DNA of 63,989 nt, counting the filler, from Thermoplasmatota archaeon (GTDB lineage: Archaea > Thermoplasmatota > E2 > JACPAO01 > JAHFTW01), in assembly GCA_041623215.1 (NCBI GenBank). It is 9 parts of 9 records of this genome, joined end to end, with 100 filler letters (N's around TTAATTAATTAA, not from the genome) between each part and the next. Parts side by side here need not be neighbours in the genome. Positions count along the whole stretch, not along the records: positions 52,968 to 60,122 come from JBFJXH010000086.1; positions 60,223 to 63,989 come from JBFJXH010000166.1; 7 more parts are not named here. One strand, 5' to 3'. Positions 58,254-63,989 of this stretch are shown here, one piece after another (position 1 is the stretch's first letter; every line of letters starts with the position of its first letter). Under the pieces are notes generated by a model, which had not been told where the DNA came from, did not search any database, and was given only the letters and a program-made list of their open reading frames with translations. The position numbers were made by a program, and so were the translations under genes.

Positions 58254-60122
58254 ATGAAGCGGTACGTCTCCATTGCGTTAGCATGTGTAACAATTGCAAT
58301 CATGGCCGGTGTGGCTGTGGCAGAATCAAACTCCGACGAGGCAGGTCCTCCGGGCGAAGCGGCTCCCTTGTCAGAGGCGCCAAAGCCCGCAACCGGCGAC
58401 GATAGCAAGACGGTTGGCGCGGCGCAAGGCACCGTTGACGACGCCATTCCAGACCAAGCGATGGGCACATGCCCCCCCGGCTTTGGCTGCGAGGGGGCGG
58501 CGGACTACCCCGAACTGGTGGACGAAATGGGCGACCACATGTTTGGAAACCTCATCATGAAGGACAAGACCCAGGTGCGCATGCAGCACGGCGCCATCAT
58601 CTTCGGGGCGACCCCGGCCGAACTACAGGATGGCCAAATCCACGAAGACGATTTGATGGATTTCAACCTGCCCAACGGCCTCAGCCGCATCGCCGCAGAC
58701 GCGGCCTTCCTCCACATGCCAATTACCATCACGGACACACTAACGGTGGCGCCCGGCGGCCAGATTGTCATCAAGACCGGCGCCGACCTCATCGTGGATA
58801 CGGTTGACGAGCAATTGCCTGTCCAGGGTCATATTGTGCCGGCAGACGACGCGACCTACGCTCTGGGTTCGGACGACAAGCGTTGGACCGACATCTACCT
58901 CGACTCGGTAATTCACCACAAGGGCGACCTCATCTTTGAAGGCCAAGACGGCCAGGCATCACCGATGGAGAGCCTGCGACTGACGCCATCAGGCAACCTC
59001 ATTGTGCCGGGGACCCTCACCGCAACAAACATCATCGGCGAAGATGTTTACACGGCCGGATTCGGCTTGGACCTAACAGGCCTTGAATTCTCGGCCGACA
59101 ACACGGTCTTGCAGCAGCGCATCACGGCCTCCTGTCCACCAGGGACCAGCATCCGGTCCATCGGCCAGGACGGGAGCGTCGCTTGTGAAGTGGACGACGA
59201 CACGACCTACTACGCTGCCGGGGGCATCGTCCTCACCGGCACCAACCTGAGCACCGACCCCACGGTGCTTCAGAGCCGCGTTGCCGGCACCTGCGCCGTC
59301 GGATCCAGCATCCGCGTCATCAACCAAGACGGCACGGTGGCCTGCGAGGCCGACGACGACACCACCTACTACGCTGCCGGCGGCATCGTCCTCACCGGCA
59401 CCAACCTGAGCACCGACCCCACGGTGCTTCAGAGCCGCGTTGCCGGCACCTGTGCCGTCGGATCCAGCATCCGCGTAATCAACGAAGACGGCTCAGTCCT
59501 TTGCGAGATTGACGACGGCACGCCGAACGCCGACACCTTGGACTCTCTTGACAGTTCCCAGTTCCTTCGGAGCGACACGGGCGATGTGTTTACCGGCGGA
59601 ACCTTGACGATAGAAAGTGCGTCGCTTGTATTGGACGACCTCAGTCTCCTTGTGGCAAATGGTCCCGCCTTCATCACGTCGCCTACCTTGGGTTCCACGG
59701 GCGACGGGACAGACATCATTCTGCGTGGACCGCTCGGCGAAGGCCGCCTTGAGTGGGGCAATGCCGCAGACCGCCTTGAACTGGATGGTGGCGCAATCTT
59801 GGAAGGCCCAATCGTAGCTGGCGGGGGCACTGGCGCAACCGACGCCGTGTTCAACAAGTTGGGATTTGGCACGCCGACGTCTGGGACCATGGACACGGGC
59901 GGCGACTTGTTCGTAAGCGATAACCTGGAAGTGGCCGGCCACGCCTACTTGAATCAGGATTTGTCGATTGGTCAAAACAGTGGCCTTGGCGATGACACGC
60001 TTTACTTCGATACGGGCGTGCTCGAATTCCTTCGATGGGACGACGCACCCGGTGAATTCGACCTGAGTGACGATTTGAACGTTGACGGCACCACGACCTC
60101 GTTCATGTTTATCGGCAACGGC
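58254..60122 (+). CDS. Secreted fibre-like paralog with shared N-terminal module and 53-aa Cys-containing repeats (3'-truncated)
   Basis: Signal peptide; 92-aa block 80/92 identical to the upstream protein; NADTLDSLDSSQFLRSD. Confidence 0.8.
59193..59510 (+). repeat. Intragenic 159-bp tandem repeat (2 near-identical copies, a diverged third just upstream)
   Basis: GACGACGACACxACCTACTACGCTGCCGG... starts at 59193 and 59352. Confidence 0.9.
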
Positions 60123-60222
60123 NNNNNNNNNNNNNNNNNNNNNNNNNNNNNNNNNNNNNNNNNNNNTTAATTAATTAANNNNNNNNNNNNNNNNNNNNNN
60201 NNNNNNNNNNNNNNNNNNNNNN

Positions 60223-60591
60223 GCCGGCAACGGCACCATCCTGAAACCGCACGACCCCGAGACCTACAATCAGGCCGCAGACCCTGAGTTCCGTGAGTCG
60301 ATTGCAGGACGCGTCGTGCGGCGCTTCAAGGGCGGTGCCGAGGCCAGCCTGCGGCGCGATTGGGCCGGTCTTTGTGTGGCAACACCGGACCGTCACGCTT
60401 TGTGCGGCCCCGTGCCGGAACATGACGACCTGTTCGTTGTGACCGGCGACAATGGCTTTGGCCTGATGCGTGGGCTAGCCCTAGGCGAGCGGCTGGCGGA
60501 TGCGGTGGATGGCGAGGTGGCACCATGGCTCAGTCCCGCCCGCTTTGCGGACATGGATGATGACTTTGAGATGCGCGAGGGATATGGATGA
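60223..60591 (+). CDS. FAD-dependent oxidoreductase (DAO/sarcosine oxidase-like), C-terminal fragment
   Basis: WAGLCVATPD..GP, VTGDNGFG, LSPARF. Confidence 0.8.
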   Translation, partial: AGNGTILKPHDPETYNQAADPEFRESIAGRVVRRFKGGAEASLRRDWAGLCVATPDRHALCGPVPEHDDLFVVTGDNGFGLMRGLALGERLADAVDGEVAPWLSPARFADMDDDFEMREGYG

Positions 60592-61550
60592 ATGACGATT
60601 CATGGGACAGCCAGGGGGCTGTCTTCATGGTGGACCAGCAGCGTGTGTGGTGCCGCGTCGACGGTCCCGGCCAAGGGGCTGCCAACGGCAATCTTCGCCA
60701 CTTGAACACCACGTTTCTGCATGGCTTTCCGACCAGTAGCCTCGATTGGCGTCCCCTTCTGGACGCACTAGCCGTCCCGTCCGACTCGCACGACGGCTCC
60801 GTGGGTCGGCGGCGCATCATACCCGACCTGCTTGGTTACGGGGCCAGCGACCGACCCGCAAGCATCACTTTCCCCGACCAAGTGGAGATGCTGCTTGGTC
60901 TGTGGCGACAATTGGACGTCGAACGAACCATCCTCGTGGCGCACGACTACAGCGTCAGCGTGGTGCAGGAAATCCTCGCCCGCATTGTCGCCGGTTCCTG
61001 GCCGGGGCCCATCATTCAAGGCGTGGTGCTACTGAACGGGGGCGTTACGTGGTCGGGCAATCGCCCCCTGCCCATCCAACAAGTGCTGCGCGTGCCGGTC
61101 GTTGGACGCGCCATCGCTCAAGCTGCTCGGTTCCCCCTTTTCGAGCGCAACATGCAACGAATCTGCACCCGCCCCCCGCCCGACTTGCAGGCGCATTGGC
61201 AGCGCATGGTGGATGGCCCCAACGGCCCCGGAACCGGCAAAACATCGGTCGCCATCCTGTCATCCTACCACGACGAACGCCGCGAGAACGAAGCGCGCTG
61301 GATGGCGGCGCTCGCCCATGCGCCTGTGCCGGTTCGCATGGTGTGGGGGATGGCGGACCCCATTGCCGCCGGCCAGGTGGCCATCGTCCGTCGGCGCGCA
61401 CCGTCGGTGGCCACTACGCCGCTTGCGAACGCCGGCCATTACCCACACTGGGACGATCCCCGCGCCGTCGCCCGAGCCATCTTGGCCATGGAGACGGTGG
61501 CCGGCTCGGACGTGCCCCCTCTTTGGCCCGCTAGCAAAGCGGCCGCCTGA
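60588..61550 (+). CDS. Alpha/beta hydrolase (epoxide hydrolase/MEST-like)
   Basis: FLHGFPTSS.DW, DLLGYGASDRP, VAHDYS, WGMADP, GHYPH. Confidence 0.88.
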   Translation: MNDDSWDSQGAVFMVDQQRVWCRVDGPGQGAANGNLRHLNTTFLHGFPTSSLDWRPLLDALAVPSDSHDGSVGRRRIIPDLLGYGASDRPASITFPDQVEMLLGLWRQLDVERTILVAHDYSVSVVQEILARIVAGSWPGPIIQGVVLLNGGVTWSGNRPLPIQQVLRVPVVGRAIAQAARFPLFERNMQRICTRPPPDLQAHWQRMVDGPNGPGTGKTSVAILSSYHDERRENEARWMAALAHAPVPVRMVWGMADPIAAGQVAIVRRRAPSVATTPLANAGHYPHWDDPRAVARAILAMETVAGSDVPPLWPASKAAA

Positions 61551-61555
61551 GCCCA

Positions 61556-62158
61556 TCAGGCGTGCAATTCGCCTTGGAATCGCCTCTCCTCAGCCGAACC
61601 CCTTCGTCGTGCAACGTCGCTCTCGAGGCGCTCACGAACCGAAGGCCATTCCGACTGTAAGACGCTGAAGAGTACGGTGTCGCGAACAAAGCCATCCGGG
61701 AGCACGCGGTGACTTCGCAGTGTCCCCTCTCGCGTAGCGCCAAGCTTTGCCATGGCTCTCTGACTGCGAAGATTGCGACCATCCACGGTGAATTGAACGC
61801 GGCGCAGGTCCAATTGGTTGAAGCAATAGGACAGCACCAGTGATTTCATGATGGCGTTGAGGCCGGTGCCTCGGGCCGACGTAGTGAGCCAGGTATAGCC
61901 CACACTGCAAGAGCCATTCTTGCGGTCCAAGTCGTACACGCTGGTTGAGCCCACCACGGCCGCCGTGTGGTCACGAACCACCCACGTGATGCCCTTGCCT
62001 TCCACCGCCACCGCGAGCCGTTTCTCCATCCACTTCCGCATGCCTTCACGACCACGCGATGGGGCAATCATGTACGTCCACGCTTCGTCGTCGTCGGCCG
62101 CCTCCACCAAGCCATCCAAATGGTCAACACGGAGGCGCTCCAAGGTGCAATCGGGCAC
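61556..62158 (-). CDS. GNAT acetyltransferase, RimJ/RimL family
   Basis: VVGSTS, VGYTWL..ARGTGLN, RVQF..D.RNLRSQRAM.KLGA.REG.LR. Start uncertain. Confidence 0.9.
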   Translation of the reverse strand: MPDCTLERLRVDHLDGLVEAADDDEAWTYMIAPSRGREGMRKWMEKRLAVAVEGKGITWVVRDHTAAVVGSTSVYDLDRKNGSCSVGYTWLTTSARGTGLNAIMKSLVLSYCFNQLDLRRVQFTVDGRNLRSQRAMAKLGATREGTLRSHRVLPDGFVRDTVLFSVLQSEWPSVRERLESDVARRRGSAEERRFQGELHA

Positions 62159-62274
62159 AGGTAAGCAACCGTATGCGAAAATGAAATCTTGCTTGAGCCC
62201 CCGCCCGCCGCGCGCTCTTCTCTCGCCCCGGACCCTCCACACAAAGCCTTAGCCGCCAAATCGAATGCCGCCGC

Positions 62275-63318
62275 GTGGTCGTAGCCGTACGTTGGATTCT
62301 CGTTAGCCTAGCCATGGCCGTGATTGGCACAGCAAGCCTTGGTGCCGCGGACGAGCCCCCGCCCGCAGGCGTCGTTCACCCTGTTTGCCCAGGCGCGACC
62401 CCCAGCTTGACGCAGTTTGCCCAATGGGACAGTCAATTGGAAAACCTCGCCTTCGATGACACCGGGAATCTGGTCGTTGTGGACTTGCACGGAGACCGCT
62501 TACTGCTGTATGACCCGGCAGGACACCTCCTGGCCGTCACCGACTTGGCCGCCAGCCACGGCATCACTTGGAACGCGGCGGACCGCCACTTCTACGCCAC
62601 AGGGGTGTTGGAAGAAATGGCCGGCCCCGCAGGCGTTGTTCGCTTCCAAGTGGCTGACGGCTCCTTTGGACCCATGACGCCTTACAGCGACGGCCATCGC
62701 GTCGTCAACGGCATGGCGTTTGGCCCCGATGGTTCACTCTACACCAGCGACCCGTTGGCGACCGCCCCACCCTACCTGAACCGCATTCCGCCAGGTGGAG
62801 GACCAGCTGCCCCTTGGCGCGACCACTACGGGCCTAACGGCCTATGGCCCGCCAGCCATGGCGGGGAAGCAGGATTGCTGATTGCCATCACCGGCAACCA
62901 ATCCAGCCCCATCGAGTTCGTCCCCTTCGATGAGTCGGTGCCGCGCGCCATCCTGCACACCTCGACGCTAGGTGCCGCAACCCTACAACCGTCCTTGTAC
63001 GCCCCGCACGGGGACGCCTACCTGGCCCCCAAGGGGTACGACGACTTGACGGTGGGCCCCGACGGCAACCTGTATGTTACCGCTCACGTCACAGGCGAAG
63101 TCATCCGCATCGAGCCCGACACCGGATTCGCGTGTGCCGTCGCATCTGGCCTCGAGGAACCGACCAGCCTGCGATTTGCGCCTGCATCCTTTGGCCCCCA
63201 TGCGGGCGACCTCTTTGTCACCGACATGGGCGGTACGGCCGTGACCGCCCTCGTTGGGCCCGGTGCGGGTGCCGTGTGGCGCCTCGACACGAACCCCGGC
63301 GACGTGACCGAGGCCTGA
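62275..63318 (+). CDS. Secreted SMP-30/gluconolactonase-like beta-propeller protein
   Basis: LENLAFD, NGMAFGPDGSLY, DDLTVGPDGNLYV, PTSLRF. Confidence 0.8.
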   Translation: MVVAVRWILVSLAMAVIGTASLGAADEPPPAGVVHPVCPGATPSLTQFAQWDSQLENLAFDDTGNLVVVDLHGDRLLLYDPAGHLLAVTDLAASHGITWNAADRHFYATGVLEEMAGPAGVVRFQVADGSFGPMTPYSDGHRVVNGMAFGPDGSLYTSDPLATAPPYLNRIPPGGGPAAPWRDHYGPNGLWPASHGGEAGLLIAITGNQSSPIEFVPFDESVPRAILHTSTLGAATLQPSLYAPHGDAYLAPKGYDDLTVGPDGNLYVTAHVTGEVIRIEPDTGFACAVASGLEEPTSLRFAPASFGPHAGDLFVTDMGGTAVTALVGPGAGAVWRLDTNPGDVTEA

Positions 63319-63330
63319 GGCTCGACCTTC

Positions 63331-63702
63331 ATGGTTGACATCGGATTCTGGGCTAGCGTCATCGTCGGTGTTGGCGTAGCGGGCCACGCCGTTGTCGGTG
63401 TCGTCTTGACAACCCGCCTCGCCGGACCCACGCGCCGACTGTGGCGCCGCTTCGGCGAACGCACCGACTTGCTGCAACTCAACGGCACGCTACTCGTGGT
63501 TGCTAGCGCCTTGCACCTCATCATTTCGGCCGCCAAAGCTTACGACGAAGGGGCCCTGCTCTTCGTGTCGTCCGTCGCTCCATTTCCGTTTTTCATGGTG
63601 GCGGGTTGGATGGAACGCGGGACGCCCGGGTCCTTGCATCATTGGATGATGGCGGCCGGGTGGGTGGCTTTTGCGGGGCACGGGGCAGTCGTGGGCCTAT
63701 GA
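63331..63702 (+). CDS. Small membrane protein
   Basis: Four hydrophobic helices. Confidence 0.5.
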   Translation: MVDIGFWASVIVGVGVAGHAVVGVVLTTRLAGPTRRLWRRFGERTDLLQLNGTLLVVASALHLIISAAKAYDEGALLFVSSVAPFPFFMVAGWMERGTPGSLHHWMMAAGWVAFAGHGAVVGL

Positions 63703-63725
63703 TTGCGACCGATCCGAGACCCAAT

Positions 63726-63989
63726 CTAAATCCACGTCACAAATTCTTCCAACTTCTTGCGCCGCAAATCTGGCACTTCACAATCCTTTGCCGCGTAGCC
63801 AACGGGCACGACCAGGTAGGTGCGCTCATTCTTCGGCCGGCCAAGCAAGTCCCGGAGGAAGTTCATGGGGCTGGGGGTATGCGTCAGGGCGCATAGGCCG
63901 GCCATGCGAAGGGCGGCGAGCAGGAACCCGCAGGCGATGCCGACGGATTCGTTGACGTAGTAGTGCTTGGCCTTGCTTCCGTCCGCCGC
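63726..63989 (-). CDS. Nitroreductase-family protein, iodotyrosine deiodinase-like (C-terminal part)
   Basis: Frame missing from the ORF track: KHYYVNESVGIACGFLLAALRMAGLCALTHTPSPMNFL..LGRPKNER.YLVVPVGY..PDLRRKKLEE. Confidence 0.8.
   Translation of the reverse strand, partial: AADGSKAKHYYVNESVGIACGFLLAALRMAGLCALTHTPSPMNFLRDLLGRPKNERTYLVVPVGYAAKDCEVPDLRRKKLEEFVTWI

Noticed and set aside
55153..60122. Prophage or tailocin, suggested by the tail-fibre-like genes
   Set aside because: No capsid, terminase, sheath, baseplate or integrase gene on the contig. The proteins have signal peptides and sit near purP.

Overview
The window is not one continuous locus. It is nine short (~7.2-7.7 kb) contigs, sorted by decreasing length and joined by artificial 100-nt linkers (N44-TTAATTAATTAA-N44), so gene neighbourhoods only mean something inside a contig. 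The gene content identifies a GC-rich archaeon, most likely an uncultured Thermoplasmatota lineage (inference). Markers are TBP, PolD small subunit, proteasome beta subunit, A-type ATPase D, pantoate kinase, PurP, the HMG-CoA synthase/thiolase/DUF35 cluster, SMC and a DnaK tail. Besides housekeeping genes there are five tRNAs, a thiamine ABC transporter, a glycan cluster, bacterial-type folB-folK and many secreted or membrane proteins. Most interesting: (1) a non-coding stretch of at least ~420 nt at ~43910-44337 (+), packed with GNRA-capped hairpins. It is not RNase P, SRP or tmRNA and looks like a large ornate, possibly OLE-like, ncRNA in an archaeon. (2) Beside it, the tRNA-Ile(GAU) has a 5' leader carrying a perfect 15-nt antisense copy of the tRNA plus an alternative pairing partner, a candidate switch for tRNA maturation. 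(3) A family of secreted phage-tail-fibre-like proteins shares a conserved ~92-aa N-terminal module; one has an S74 autochaperone followed by a membrane anchor. (4) Several apparent pseudo-enzymes: a thiolase without its catalytic cysteines, a ThiI without its PP-loop, and an IscU-like protein with one canonical Cys.
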